NCBI GenBank assembly: GCA_964619365.1
Contig: CAZUDQ010000001.1
Coordinates: forward strand, 185,842 to 242,520
Source: an uncultured archaeon
GTDB taxonomy: Archaea > Altiarchaeota > Altiarchaeia > JAFGQM01
Reading direction: 5' to 3'
Length of the DNA: 56,679 bases
Shown: piece after piece, positions 30,141 through 41,041 of the stretch
Position numbering within the stretch: position 1 is the stretch's first letter
How the letters are laid out: each line of letters starts with the position of its first letter
Translations under genes and position numbers: made by a program
The notes under the pieces: generated by a model
What the model was told of the DNA's origin: nothing
Database searches by the model: none
The model's input: only the letters and a program-made list of their open reading frames with translations

Positions 30141-31253
30141 TTATTCGTACCTTAGAACCTTTGCAGGGTCAAGCCCTGCCGCTTCCCTTGCAGGTAAGAT
30201 TCCTGCAAATATAGCAAGGATTACTACAAACAAGGTAACATTAAAAAGCAGACCTACAGTTATTGTCGCATTCATCATAACACTAGCCCCTGCAAGAGCA
30301 GAATTAAGTGCGCCTACTGCCAAAAAACTAAGTCCGATTCCAAGAGCCTCCCCGATTAAGGTTATTATCACAGCTTCAAGCATGAATTCAAGAAGCACTT
30401 CTCTTGTTGTTGCGCCAAGCGCCTTCATAGTACCGATTTCTTTTCTTCTTTCGTTAACACTCATAAACATAACATTCATTATACCGATTCCAGCGATTAT
30501 TGCCGCAATTGAGCCGAGTAGGAACGTCATTGTCGAAAATTGCCCCATAAGCTCTTCGCTTTCTCTTGCAGCATCCTTATCGCTGTATGCCGTTAACCCA
30601 TCAAAGTCCTCATTTATTATTTTTGCAAGAACTTCAGCGTCATTAGCACTTTTTGGGATTACAGTTATTATAGAAACATAGTCTCCAGTTTTTAGAATTT
30701 CTTGAGACAAATCAAGCCACATCAATAAACCATCATCACCTTCTGTACCGCTTTTCTCCCCCACCCCAACGATATCATATTCTTTACCACGTATTGTTAG
30801 TGTATCTCCCACAGAGAGTCTTTTTAAGTCGGCAAAACTGCTCCCGAGGAATACTTCGTCCTCACCTTCGTAAGGGAGCCTGCCCTCCTTGGGATCATCA
30901 GATACTCCGAATTCTTCTATCTGGTTAATCTTCAGACCATATATGGAACCTACATCAGGGACACTGCCAAATACTATTGGCACTACTGAGTCTACATCCC
31001 CCAAATCTTCTAACTCCTCAATAAAGTCCTCAGGTATCCTGCTACTATATATACTCATAAAATTAACATCGTCTGAAGTCAAAGTCACTTTTCCGGAAAG
31101 AAGGCTCATCTCAGTATTTAAAAGGACATTCATTCCTTCTGAAAAAGAACTCAAAGAAACTATCAAAAGGATACCTATCCCTATACCGATTACGGCAAGT
31201 GAAGTCCTTAGCTTCCTTCTATTAAGTTGCTCCAAAACAACATCGACAAGCAT
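30141..31253 (-). CDS. MacB/FtsX-family ABC transporter permease
   Basis: RKLRTSLAVIGI, SVNERRKEIGTMKALGA, PAREAAGLDP. Confidence 0.93.
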   Translation of the reverse strand: MLVDVVLEQLNRRKLRTSLAVIGIGIGILLIVSLSSFSEGMNVLLNTEMSLLSGKVTLTSDDVNFMSIYSSRIPEDFIEELEDLGDVDSVVPIVFGSVPDVGSIYGLKINQIEEFGVSDDPKEGRLPYEGEDEVFLGSSFADLKRLSVGDTLTIRGKEYDIVGVGEKSGTEGDDGLLMWLDLSQEILKTGDYVSIITVIPKSANDAEVLAKIINEDFDGLTAYSDKDAARESEELMGQFSTMTFLLGSIAAIIAGIGIMNVMFMSVNERRKEIGTMKALGATTREVLLEFMLEAVIITLIGEALGIGLSFLAVGALNSALAGASVMMNATITVGLLFNVTLFVVILAIFAGILPAREAAGLDPAKVLRYE

Positions 31254-31254
31254 T

Positions 31255-32391
31255 TTAAGTATCTCTCATGGCTTCTGCAGGATCGACTGAAATTGCGCGA
31301 TATGCAGGATATAACGCTGAAAGTATGGCAAGTACTATACTAAAAAAGAGCGCGCCAAAAGCCAATATTGGCGTTACTTTTGCTATTGGAAATGGATACA
31401 TAGTGTTCAGAGCTTCAGTACCCAAAATACCCAAAAAGAGTCCAAGAAAACCTCCAAGGATACCCATTATCCCCGCTTCAAGAAGGACTATCCCAAGTAT
31501 GCTTGAGCGAGTGGCTCCAAGAGCCTTCATTATACCAAATTGCTTCCTGCGTTTCATAACAGTCATCACCATAGTGTTTATTATGCCTATTGCAGCAACA
31601 ACTGATGCGACTACCCCGATTCCAAAAGTGAAGATACTAACCCCACCTATCATTTCTTTTGCCTTTTTTAGTTGCTCATCAACAGTTGTTGCGTCAAGAT
31701 CGTCATACATCTCATTTATTTCCTCAGCGATACTCTCAGAATATCCCAAATCTTCGGCCTCTATGTCTATTGCACTGACAAAACCTTCCATCCCCAAGGC
31801 TTCCTGAGCGCCTTCGGTACTGACCATTGTCCCAAAATCAAAGAAGCCATTGGTCTCTTCAAGTATTCCCTCAACAGAAAATTCTTTACCCTTAAAGACC
31901 ATAACGTCACCAACGCCAAGATCTCTACTCTCAGCGATATGGCTTCCAATAACTGCACTCCAGCCTTCACCCCCTTCTGGCCAAGAACCTTCTGAAAGCT
32001 CCAGTTCATCAAGATTAAAAAGTTGCAAGTCATCAAAATTCATACCTGAAATTATGGTCTGTGTAGCCCTGTCAATACCCGTAACCTCACTTGCAACAGT
32101 TTTTACTCCACTTATTTGGCGTATCTCATCAAGAACGTTTTCATCAATCCGTGAATTCATCCCTGGAATTTCACCCCCCATCCCAGAACTAGAGGCGTCT
32201 GTAGAACCTTTTTCCGTAACTACCACAAGCCCACTCATTCCAGATAAACTGTCATCAAGCATGGACGTTATGCCTTCAGTTATAGAGCCAAGAGTAATAA
32301 CGGCAGCTATCGCAAGGACTATGCCAAGAACTGTCAGGCCGCTTCTGACCTTATTCCCAAGAATCGACTCTAGGGCGAGGTCTAGAAACAT
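31255..32391 (-). CDS. MacB/FtsX-family ABC transporter permease
   Basis: NKVRSGLTVLGI, KRRKQFGIMKALGA, YPAYRA...P. Confidence 0.93.
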   Translation of the reverse strand: MFLDLALESILGNKVRSGLTVLGIVLAIAAVITLGSITEGITSMLDDSLSGMSGLVVVTEKGSTDASSSGMGGEIPGMNSRIDENVLDEIRQISGVKTVASEVTGIDRATQTIISGMNFDDLQLFNLDELELSEGSWPEGGEGWSAVIGSHIAESRDLGVGDVMVFKGKEFSVEGILEETNGFFDFGTMVSTEGAQEALGMEGFVSAIDIEAEDLGYSESIAEEINEMYDDLDATTVDEQLKKAKEMIGGVSIFTFGIGVVASVVAAIGIINTMVMTVMKRRKQFGIMKALGATRSSILGIVLLEAGIMGILGGFLGLFLGILGTEALNTMYPFPIAKVTPILAFGALFFSIVLAILSALYPAYRAISVDPAEAMRDT

Positions 32392-32405
32392 GTATAAAAT
32401 CCCCC

Positions 32406-33950
32406 TTATTTACTTACAACACTTTCCTTACCCATTGCAGCCTTGTATTTACTGACATCAATCTTAGTCCTCTTCTTTCTCTTAAAAGCAAAGTACCAGA
32501 AAAGGATTGCCACAATGATTATCAGTAAAATAACAGTCCCGATTGGACTTCCTCCTTCAAGCATGATATCAGAGACTTCAAGGTTAAGCGTTTCTTCAAC
32601 TGTTGTCTGCCCGCTTGGACTGTCATAGTCTTTATATTCTATTATTATGTCTACGCTTGTCGCACTTGGCATATCAAACCTGAACACTTTATGCTTATTT
32701 GATTTTATAGAGTCTGCAAAACCAGTACCTAAGGCAGTTCCTCCCGAGACTGCTGTTATCTTAACAGCCTCAGCGTCTTTATTCCCATAGTTTGCAAGAT
32801 CAACTTCAAGCTCGCCCTTTGGAATATCTGTTTCATAATCAATAAGCCTAAGATCCGCCCCACCTTCAATCCTTATCCCCAGTGGTTTTGAGTCTGTCAT
32901 CTCCTTTTTACCACCCTCGCGCTGGTAGCTTATTTCAAGAGACGCTTTGACAGGGCGCGCTTCAGCCTCCCCTGAAACATCAAACATGAACTCTATTTCT
33001 TTTTCTTCCCCGACATCAAGACTCTCTACAAGCTTCTCATTTGAGCCGACAATAGTCACTTCTTCACTCTCACTTTCAAGCGAGAAATAAAGATTTTCAA
33101 GTAGAACATCTCCAACGTTACTAACCGTGATTTTAACCATGCCTTCCTTTCCTGGCTGAAGCATTGATTCGACTTTTGAAATTACAATTTCAGTTCCAGC
33201 GTCAACTACATTTATCCCAATATGCTGGATGTCAGTTTGCGCCGAGCCTGAAGAATCAATATAACTTGCAGTAACGGTTATTGGCTGGATGCCTGCAACA
33301 GCACTATCTGATGCCCTGATTGTAAATACAGTCTCTCCATCTTCCCCTGGACTGATGCTTGCTATCCTGTTTCTGACGTTTCCAACCGGATATACATAAG
33401 TACTGGCGGGGGAAACAGTAAGGATGATATCATGTATTGCACTCTTTCCAGTGTTGCTAATTGTTATTGGCAGATTTTCTGTCGCGCCTGGCGTTATCTG
33501 AGTGTCTGGTGCAAATATCTCAAGACTTGAACGATATGAGACAACAATAGGTATACTCATTACAAAACCGCCGTTAAGTTCACTGCTGCCGTTCTCATAC
33601 CTGTAAGTTATTTTTGCTTCAAGAGCATATGGTCCTGGGTTTGCGTTTGCTGCAGCCCTAATCCTAAATGCCGCAGAGCTTCCCGCGCCTGGTGGGATAT
33701 CTCCAAGCTCGTTTCTTGCACCAATAACTGTGATTACTGACTGTTTACTCGTTAGCGTGATGTCAACATCCTCCATTGAAGTGTAAAGATCCGAGTTTGT
33801 TATCGTTATTATGACTTGGGCTGAGCCCCCCGGATATATCTCTTCAGGTGCCACTTCATAAGTCCTGGAAACGCTTGGAGCGCAAGCAGCAAAAGACACA
33901 ATAAGTGCCAAGAATACAAATAGTCCGCACAGTGTTATAATTTTTTTCAT
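32406..33950 (-). CDS. COG1361 S-layer-domain-like Ig/CARDB repeat surface protein
   Basis: Signal peptide, repeated PG...I.I.N.G modules, C-terminal TM plus basic tail; lies within the ABC operon. Confidence 0.8.
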   Translation of the reverse strand: MKKIITLCGLFVFLALIVSFAACAPSVSRTYEVAPEEIYPGGSAQVIITITNSDLYTSMEDVDITLTSKQSVITVIGARNELGDIPPGAGSSAAFRIRAAANANPGPYALEAKITYRYENGSSELNGGFVMSIPIVVSYRSSLEIFAPDTQITPGATENLPITISNTGKSAIHDIILTVSPASTYVYPVGNVRNRIASISPGEDGETVFTIRASDSAVAGIQPITVTASYIDSSGSAQTDIQHIGINVVDAGTEIVISKVESMLQPGKEGMVKITVSNVGDVLLENLYFSLESESEEVTIVGSNEKLVESLDVGEEKEIEFMFDVSGEAEARPVKASLEISYQREGGKKEMTDSKPLGIRIEGGADLRLIDYETDIPKGELEVDLANYGNKDAEAVKITAVSGGTALGTGFADSIKSNKHKVFRFDMPSATSVDIIIEYKDYDSPSGQTTVEETLNLEVSDIMLEGGSPIGTVILLIIIVAILFWYFAFKRKKRTKIDVSKYKAAMGKESVVSK

Positions 33951-34690
33951 TTTTTCGGTCCCTTACATTTAAGTATCTGTGAATAAATCTCTTTTCGTTT
34001 AGTTTTATAGTCTGAAGTCAATTTTCCATCAACAATATGGAGCCTTTTTTCTGCGCGCTCTGAGAGCTCCGGGTCGTGCGTTATTATTATAAGCGTCATT
34101 CCCTGGGCGTTTAAGCGCTCAAGCATATCTATTACTTTTGCCCCGCTTGTAGTGTCAAGATTTCCTGTCGGCTCATCAGCAAGTATTATTGACGGATCGT
34201 TAATAAGTGCCCTTGCAATAGCGACTCTTTGTCGTTCCCCCCCACTCATCTCACCTGGCTTGTTTCTTAGTCTGTGTTCAAGATTGACAAGCTCTAGCAA
34301 GATTCTTGCCTTTTCTTCAGCCTCCTTTCTGCTAAAACCATCAAAACGCATAGGGAGGGCGACATTTTCAAGTGCAGAAAGACTTGGCATAAGATTAAAT
34401 GTCTGGAAAACAAAGCCCACAAGTTTTCTTCTGACTGCTGCAAGTTCATCTTCAGAGAGTGTTTCGATGTCATAGCCTCCAAGACGAATTTTGCCGTCAG
34501 TTGGCGTGTCAAGACAGCCAATCATATTAAGGAGAGTTGATTTCCCAGACCCAGACGGCCCGTTTATAGATACATAATCTCCCGCCTCAACTTCAAGGCT
34601 GACCCCACGTATCGCAGGGACTTCAATATCCCCCGCAAGATATACCTTCCAGACGTCCTTTAAATCAAGTATGGGTTTTGTATGTTTCAT
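33947..34690 (-). CDS. ABC transporter ATP-binding protein (LolD/MacB-like)
   Basis: GPSGSGKST, GFVFQ, MSGGERQRVAIARAL, LADEPTGNLD. Confidence 0.96.
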   Translation of the reverse strand: MKHTKPILDLKDVWKVYLAGDIEVPAIRGVSLEVEAGDYVSINGPSGSGKSTLLNMIGCLDTPTDGKIRLGGYDIETLSEDELAAVRRKLVGFVFQTFNLMPSLSALENVALPMRFDGFSRKEAEEKARILLELVNLEHRLRNKPGEMSGGERQRVAIARALINDPSIILADEPTGNLDTTSGAKVIDMLERLNAQGMTLIIITHDPELSERAEKRLHIVDGKLTSDYKTKRKEIYSQILKCKGPKK

Positions 34691-34756
34691 TTAACAGATA
34701 ATGCTACGCAGAGTTTCCCTTTTTCAGAGTACTTAAAGGAGAATAGTTATAAACAT

Positions 34757-35599
34757 TTAGCCGCAGTATATCGCCTGGAAAATATCGTGCTCTGTGACAA
34801 CACCGATAATCTTCCCTTTTTCACCTTCGACTGCAAGCCCTCCTGTTCTTCTCGCCTCCATTATCTCCGCAAGATCAAGTATACTCTCTTCAGGATGCAC
34901 CGTATAAAAATAGTCACTCATTGCGTCTGACACAGGGAATTTCGCAAATGCACCCCCTCCATATAATTCAAATTTCTCAAATGATTTTTTTGAGAAGAAT
35001 TTAAGGATGCTACTACTCCTTAAAATACCTTTCATTTCTTCGTCATCCATTACAAAAAGTCTCCTGAAATGATTTTTTATAAGGCTCTTTGTAGCAAAAT
35101 CAAGACTGTCTATTAGTCGTGCGGAGACAACACCCCGACTCATTATGTCCTTTATCTTAAGGGCACTTCCCCTTAGAAAATTATAGTTTATCAGGTCTTT
35201 CTCACAAGCCATTCCAAGAATCCTTTTTTCTGAGTCAACAACAGGAACGCCACCCACATGACATTCAAGCATTTGCTGCGCACACTCAAGGGCACTTGAT
35301 TCCTGATTCATGAGGCATCTTGGAATGCTTGCAACATCTGTTATAGGTAACGATAAGCCTTTAAAGGGTTCTCCATTACATTTTTCCACAAGAGTTCGTG
35401 TTTTTTCCCCCGCCCCAAAAAACGATAGGGCATCAGTAACAGAGAATATCCCAACACAGACATTCTCTTCATCAACAACAGGAACGCGCCTTATGCCATG
35501 GGTGAGAAGGGTCTTGCATCCGTCGTTGACTGTAGCACTAGAATTGACAGAAATAACTTTTTTAGTTGCTATATCCAGTACGTTTGTTCGGCTTGGCAT
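34757..35599 (-). CDS. CBS-domain protein (four CBS motifs)
   Basis: IRRVPVVD, VGGVPVVD, FRRLFV, GVVTEHDI. Confidence 0.88.
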   Translation of the reverse strand: MPSRTNVLDIATKKVISVNSSATVNDGCKTLLTHGIRRVPVVDEENVCVGIFSVTDALSFFGAGEKTRTLVEKCNGEPFKGLSLPITDVASIPRCLMNQESSALECAQQMLECHVGGVPVVDSEKRILGMACEKDLINYNFLRGSALKIKDIMSRGVVSARLIDSLDFATKSLIKNHFRRLFVMDDEEMKGILRSSSILKFFSKKSFEKFELYGGGAFAKFPVSDAMSDYFYTVHPEESILDLAEIMEARRTGGLAVEGEKGKIIGVVTEHDIFQAIYCG

Positions 35600-36148
35600 T
35601 TATGCTTCTTTAAGGCCTTTAAAACACTCGGCACAAACGAGTTCGCCGTTGAAGCTACGCAGATTGTCTGAGAAGTTTTCACATTCTTCACACTCACCGG
35701 AAAGACCCATTACATCTTCCAAAGTGTTCCCTGCTTCGTTTTTGCCTTTTTCAAATATGAGGTCGTATACAGAAGAAGATACTCTTACAATGTCAGTCTG
35801 CGTGAGTATTCCAATAAGCTGTCCGTCTCGCACCACCGCAAGTCTTTTTACCTTGTTCTCAACCATTGCATGTGCGGCCTCGCTGATGTCAACGCCAGGG
35901 TCGATACATACACATTTTGTGCCCATCACTTTTGCTACATTGACATTGGAGGGATTCTCCTCACGTGCAATAACACTTATTAAGTCTCCCTGAGTTACCA
36001 TACCCACGAGTTCGCCTTCTTCTACAACAGTTATTCCTGAGATGTCATGCTTGTCCATAAGCTTGCAAGCATACCTAACAGAGTCGCTAGGACTTATTGT
36101 GATCACACCTTTCCCCATAATATCCCCGACCAAAATCTCAGTTTCCAT
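35600..36148 (-). CDS. CBS-pair protein with C-terminal Zn ribbon
   Basis: Two CBS motifs plus GECEEC...VCAEC. Confidence 0.88.
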   Translation of the reverse strand: METEILVGDIMGKGVITISPSDSVRYACKLMDKHDISGITVVEEGELVGMVTQGDLISVIAREENPSNVNVAKVMGTKCVCIDPGVDISEAAHAMVENKVKRLAVVRDGQLIGILTQTDIVRVSSSVYDLIFEKGKNEAGNTLEDVMGLSGECEECENFSDNLRSFNGELVCAECFKGLKEA

Positions 36149-36228
36149 TCACAATAAATTCCTCTTGTGTTTTATTTTGAAGAGCGCAAAATAAAAGGGG
36201 AAGATTAAATAACAGAGATACTTGCATA

Positions 36229-36579
36229 ATGGAAGATTATAAACTGGTGATTATTGTCCGGGGAGACGTTCAGATGTCAAAAGGAAAAGTTGCAGCACAA
36301 GCGGCGCACGCGGCAGTCGAAAGTGTCCTTCGCTCGGATGATTCACGTGCTCTTGAGGCATGGCGCGATTCAGGTGCTAAAAAAGTTGTCTTAAAGGCAG
36401 CAAACTTACAAGAATTATATCAGATAAAAGAAGCAGCCAAAACTCAAGGGCTGACAAGCGCACTGATAACTGATGCCGGACGAACAGAGATTGCACCAGG
36501 AACCGTTACGTGTTTGGGTATTGGTCCGGCTAAGGAAACAGATATAGATAAAGTTTCTGGAAACTTAAAATTTCTTTAA
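36229..36579 (+). CDS. pth2: Peptidyl-tRNA hydrolase Pth2
   Basis: MSKGKVAAQAAHA, KKVVLK, DAGRTEI.PG.VTCLGIGP. Confidence 0.95.
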   Translation: MEDYKLVIIVRGDVQMSKGKVAAQAAHAAVESVLRSDDSRALEAWRDSGAKKVVLKAANLQELYQIKEAAKTQGLTSALITDAGRTEIAPGTVTCLGIGPAKETDIDKVSGNLKFL

Positions 36580-36914
36580 GCTTTGGAGTTGTACCACTTA
36601 AGAAGGTTTAAATCTCCTCCGCGGACTATAAAGATAATTGCCCCGATAATTATAACGCCGATAAAAGTACCCCATGAACTTAGCGCATTCACAGGAACAC
36701 CACCTATATTAAGCAGCATCAAGGCAAACGGTACAAGAAGCCCGAGACCAAAGGACAAGGCTATTCTTTCTGAAAGCGCCATTGCGTCCCTTTTTGGAAA
36801 AAGAGCAAGACTAAGGAAAAAGCCGGGAACACCAATGAGAATTAAGGTTTCTATAATGGAGATTAACATCTCCCATCCGCCGATTGCTCTCCATCCCAAA
36901 TCTTCGCCAGCCAT
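36576..36914 (-). CDS. Small membrane protein (DUF1616-like N-terminal region)
   Basis: PGFFLSLALFP....ERIALSFGL. Confidence 0.65.
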   Translation of the reverse strand: MAGEDLGWRAIGGWEMLISIIETLILIGVPGFFLSLALFPKRDAMALSERIALSFGLGLLVPFALMLLNIGGVPVNALSSWGTFIGVIIIGAIIFIVRGGDLNLLKWYNSKA

Positions 36915-36960
36915 TTTATAGGGATATTTTGATATTCATGATATTAAAGCTGCTTAATTA

Positions 36961-38109
36961 TTATTTTAACAGCGTTCCAAGACCAACCTTCTTTGCGAGG
37001 TTAAGTCCCTGCATGAGCATCATTGGGTTTTTTGCAAGCCCCTTTATGAGTGGCCCAGTAAAATCCATGTCTCCGTTTTCTTCCACAGTCTTTTTTACTT
37101 CAGGGTCTTTTAGGAAATTTAGCATATGGGCGTATTCTTCATCACCAAACTTGTTTGCAACGCGTCTTATCAGAAGGTGGCTTCGCAGTTCTTTGTAGTA
37201 TGGCAGGATTGCCTCTTCATAACTTTTGGCACCTGATATCGCACTTGCAAGGCTTTTAGCACAAAGTCCCCCTAGCATGACGCCACCACCAGTTGTCGCC
37301 TTTACCTGCCCTGCCGCGTCCCCGACAAGATAAGCGTTTCCGTTTTTTGGGCAAAGTTCAGGATTAAAAACAGGAATTGTGCCACCAGTGTGAGATAATA
37401 CCTTTTCCTTTCCTTTAAGAATATTTTCCTCCTTTAGCCGTTTCATGAATGCGGCCATATAATCATGTACTTTCCCCTCTCCTATTACACCAAGACCTAT
37501 TCTAGCTTTCCCTTCCCCGAGAGGTATCACCCAGGCAAAAAAACCGGGGGCAACAGAACCAAGATAGATTTCAACGAGATTATCCTCACAAGATACATTG
37601 TCTAGTTCACATTGTGAAGTCTTTACAAATTCATTTGGGCAGTCAAGCCCGACCTTTTGATGCAAATTAGCTTTGGCGCCTGTTGCAAGAACGAGGTTTT
37701 CTACTGCAATCGGACCAGCTCTTGATTCCAGTTTGTAGCCGTTGACAAGAGGGAATATATTTTTAACAGTACATTCTGTTTTTAGCTCCCCACCGAATTC
37801 AGATGCAAGATGTTTATCAAATAAGCTTCTGTCAACAACAAAGGCCTTTTCTTCAGCACCTTCTATGACTGAAGTATCACCAAAGGCATCATGGAACCTT
37901 GCGCCGCTTACTTTATTTAGGACAAAACCTTCGTTTTTTATTCCGAGGCGCCTTAGCCCGTCTTTGTTAAAGAGACCCGCACAGGAAACAGGTTCTCCGA
38001 TATGCTTATCCTCCTCAAGAACTATGCAGTCTTTTCCGAGCGTCTCAAGTTCATTTGCACAAATGAGTCCGCAAGGTCCTGCGCCGATTATTGCAGTGTC
38101 GTAGTTCAT
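36961..38109 (-). CDS. Geranylgeranyl reductase family FAD oxidoreductase
   Basis: GAGPCG, PVSCAG, PGFFAWVIP, LVGDAAGQVKATTGGG. Confidence 0.9.
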   Translation of the reverse strand: MNYDTAIIGAGPCGLICANELETLGKDCIVLEEDKHIGEPVSCAGLFNKDGLRRLGIKNEGFVLNKVSGARFHDAFGDTSVIEGAEEKAFVVDRSLFDKHLASEFGGELKTECTVKNIFPLVNGYKLESRAGPIAVENLVLATGAKANLHQKVGLDCPNEFVKTSQCELDNVSCEDNLVEIYLGSVAPGFFAWVIPLGEGKARIGLGVIGEGKVHDYMAAFMKRLKEENILKGKEKVLSHTGGTIPVFNPELCPKNGNAYLVGDAAGQVKATTGGGVMLGGLCAKSLASAISGAKSYEEAILPYYKELRSHLLIRRVANKFGDEEYAHMLNFLKDPEVKKTVEENGDMDFTGPLIKGLAKNPMMLMQGLNLAKKVGLGTLLK

Positions 38110-38118
38110 TTCAAAGAT

Positions 38119-38862
38119 TTATTTGTATTCGTCTATCCAGGCATAAGGGTCTTTAGGCTGGGCTTCCGGGATTATCGCTTTATGCGTTTTGCCAGAGCCA
38201 TACACCGCGTCCCATGAGTAATTCGGGCTCTTCTTTATTTTTTTCTTAAAGTAGTATCCCAAAATCAGGCCCATTAGTATTCCCCCCAGATGCGCGTTAT
38301 GAGCGATACCCCCCCAGTTTCCAAAGCCAAAGAGTACCAAAGATAGCGCTATGAAAAAAACTCCAACAATCCAAAGGTCGATAGGTTTTGGTATCGGCGG
38401 AAAGATCATTATGACCTTTTCGTGTGGCTTAAGAACCATTATCATTCCGATTATCCCCATAACCGCGCCCGATGCCCCGACAGCAGGGATGTCGCTTCCA
38501 AGAATAAAAAGGCTTGTTATCACATAAAATATCGAGGCAAAGACTCCGCAAACAAGAAATGAAATAAGAAAGTCTTTTGAACCGATAAGTCGTTCAAGGA
38601 CTATTCCAAACATGAAAAGCACCCACATATTGATAAAGAGGTGAAGGAAGTCTGCGTGAACAAACATATTTGTAAAAAGCCCCCAGAGTTCCTTACCCTG
38701 TACTATCTCACCGGGGTTTAACCATAGGCTTTCAGTTACAGGAACTTTTGCCCCAAGGCCTATCATCTGTATTATGAAGACTAAGACACATATCCCAACA
38801 ATCCAGTATGTTGCAGGGATTCCAAAAAAGCCCGCACTTCCACCCTTAGCGCGTCTTGCCAC
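38119..38862 (-). CDS. Rhomboid intramembrane serine protease
   Basis: HADFLHLFINM, GASG, AHNAHLGG. Confidence 0.93.
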   Translation of the reverse strand: MARRAKGGSAGFFGIPATYWIVGICVLVFIIQMIGLGAKVPVTESLWLNPGEIVQGKELWGLFTNMFVHADFLHLFINMWVLFMFGIVLERLIGSKDFLISFLVCGVFASIFYVITSLFILGSDIPAVGASGAVMGIIGMIMVLKPHEKVIMIFPPIPKPIDLWIVGVFFIALSLVLFGFGNWGGIAHNAHLGGILMGLILGYYFKKKIKKSPNYSWDAVYGSGKTHKAIIPEAQPKDPYAWIDEYK

Positions 38863-38864
38863 TT

Positions 38865-40658
38865 TTAGCTTAATACCTCCTCTAAAATGGACTTGACAAG
38901 AGCAGGGTCTGCCTTTCCCCTAAGCTCCCGCATAGCTTCACCCATTATTTTTCCAAAAGGCGCACCAGCATTCTTTTTTGCAATTTCAGAGATTATGCGT
39001 TTGATTTCCTCCTTCTCTAGCATTACAAGACCCAGTTTATCCGCAGCCTCTTTTGCAGATATGTTTTCCTTAGACATAATTTCGAGAATATCTGTTACCG
39101 AGTCCTTCGTTATTTCTCCAGACGCAACAAGGGATAAGACCTCAGCAACGTCTACATTATCAGGGCTTGCAAGGACACACGATGCGATAAAACTTAACTT
39201 TACATCCTTTCCATAAGCCTTTGCAAGTTCTTTAAAATCTGAAAGCACCCTTGAATGTATGAGTTGTCCGGTAATATCTTTTGAAAGGCCGAGTTTTATA
39301 AGTTCTTTTTCCTCTTCTTCAGGAGTCTTTGAGACTTTTATCGAAGCTAAAAGCTCTTTTGTTATTGGTACAAGAGGTTCGTCAGTTTCAGGGTACATGC
39401 GCGCGCTTCCGGGAAGCGGCCTCATAAACTTTGTTATCGTGCCATCAGCGCGCCTAACCTCTTTTGGTACGCCAAATAATGCAAAATTACAGCGCGAAGC
39501 AATTCGCTCAAATACGATTTCAGCCCTTTTCTCATCACATGCAAGAAGGATAAACGCGTCTTTATTCCCAGGTTTAAGGAACTTTACAACAGAGTCCACT
39601 TCCTTCTGGCTTACACCATAGGCTGGAAGTTCATCAGAGTGAAATATGCCTCTTAGTCCTGCTGCATCCCTTGCAATTCCTGCAAGTTCTGTCCCAAAAC
39701 GGTAATCCGGCATGAGCTCTTTTCCAATCAGCCCTTTGAATTTTGGAATTATTGCACCAAATATAGTTTTTCCCTTGACGATTTTTGATTCGCAGTCCTT
39801 AAAGAGTTGCGTGCACTTGCTTACATCAGGCTTAAATTCCTTAAAGCCACGAGCCTTTAGTTCGCCACGAATCTCAAGGAGCGCGAGCTGGCGAGATATC
39901 TCGTTTTCTATAAGTCCTGGAATATCATTTAGTGCCTGAACGCCCTTTATCTCAACACGGGTTCCACCATTTATCGAGACATTGACATCCTGTCTTATCG
40001 TGCCAAGACCGCGCCTCACTTTTCCTGTCGCACGAAGAAGCATCCCTAGTTTTTCTGCAACTTCGCGAGCCTCAGCCGGCGATGTAATATCAGGGTCAGT
40101 TCCAAGTTCAATAAGCGGAATCCCAAGGCGGTCAAGGCAGAATATACTTTCTTTTCCACCACGCTCAATTATTTTTGCCGCGTCTTCTTCTAAGCAAATA
40201 GATGGGATATTAATTCTCTTTTCCCCAAGCTTGACATATCCATCTGTCCCAACAAGCATCGTTCGCTGGAATCCCGATGTATTCGAACCGTCAATAACAG
40301 TCTTTCTCATAACCTGGCACTCGGCAGCTGGCGTCGCATTTAACAAAAGCACCATCTCAAGAGCGACTTTCAGGGCATCCTTATTTATTGGATGCGGCGG
40401 CTCTTCATCAAGCTCGACAAGGCAGCTTGAATCGGGGTGGAACCTATATGTAAACGACTTATCGCGAAGCATCTCATGAAGTGCTGCCGGGTCAATATTC
40501 CCAAGCTCTCCAGCCACGGCGTGCAGTTTCCGCTTTATCTCGCATGTCGGCTCATCATCTCTGATCTCTGCGGGGCAAGCGCAAAAGAGTTTCTTGCCTG
40601 CAAGCTGTTGGTGTATTTCAATACCGCAAATAAGGCCAAGCTTAGAATAATCATGCAT
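38865..40658 (-). CDS. gatE: Glu-tRNA(Gln) amidotransferase subunit E
   Basis: GIEIHQQL, MRKTVIDGSNTSGFQRT, LDRLGIPLIE, RGLGTIRQDVNVSI, RPLPGSARMYPETD. Confidence 0.96.
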   Translation of the reverse strand: MHDYSKLGLICGIEIHQQLAGKKLFCACPAEIRDDEPTCEIKRKLHAVAGELGNIDPAALHEMLRDKSFTYRFHPDSSCLVELDEEPPHPINKDALKVALEMVLLLNATPAAECQVMRKTVIDGSNTSGFQRTMLVGTDGYVKLGEKRINIPSICLEEDAAKIIERGGKESIFCLDRLGIPLIELGTDPDITSPAEAREVAEKLGMLLRATGKVRRGLGTIRQDVNVSINGGTRVEIKGVQALNDIPGLIENEISRQLALLEIRGELKARGFKEFKPDVSKCTQLFKDCESKIVKGKTIFGAIIPKFKGLIGKELMPDYRFGTELAGIARDAAGLRGIFHSDELPAYGVSQKEVDSVVKFLKPGNKDAFILLACDEKRAEIVFERIASRCNFALFGVPKEVRRADGTITKFMRPLPGSARMYPETDEPLVPITKELLASIKVSKTPEEEEKELIKLGLSKDITGQLIHSRVLSDFKELAKAYGKDVKLSFIASCVLASPDNVDVAEVLSLVASGEITKDSVTDILEIMSKENISAKEAADKLGLVMLEKEEIKRIISEIAKKNAGAPFGKIMGEAMRELRGKADPALVKSILEEVLS

Positions 40659-40738
40659 TCTTTTGGCTAATTAGAACTTTTTACAAATAAAACAAAAAGA
40701 AGAAAAATTTCGGGAAGACTAAACAAAAAGAATAGACC

Positions 40739-40948
40739 TTACCCGTAGATCAATAAGAGGATTCCTAATATGACGCCCACTAAAGCGATTGTCAAAAGCA
40801 GTACTGGAATCCAGACCTGGAAGACCAAGAGCATGAAAGCATCTAACTGGTCTGTTCCCTCAAGCTGAGGTGCAAGAAAGTAGGTTGCAATCACACAAAG
40901 TATCGCGAGAATAATTGCCGCGACACCAAAACTTTTAGCTTTTCCCAT
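40739..40948 (-). CDS. Small 2-TM hypothetical protein
   Basis: 69-aa ORF with two hydrophobic helices filling an intergenic gap. Confidence 0.65.
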   Translation of the reverse strand: MGKAKSFGVAAIILAILCVIATYFLAPQLEGTDQLDAFMLLVFQVWIPVLLLTIALVGVILGILLLIYG

Positions 40949-41041
40949 TTTAGTTCAGTCTCTACTGGGTATATTCTATTTTATTTGAATAAAAATAAAA
41001 TATGCATCTAAGGCCGATTGGCCGTTATTTGAACAACAAAA

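Noticed and set aside
30141-34690. ABC ATPase, COG1361 protein and two permeases as a novel system
   Set aside because: This arrangement is common in archaea; annotated as features only
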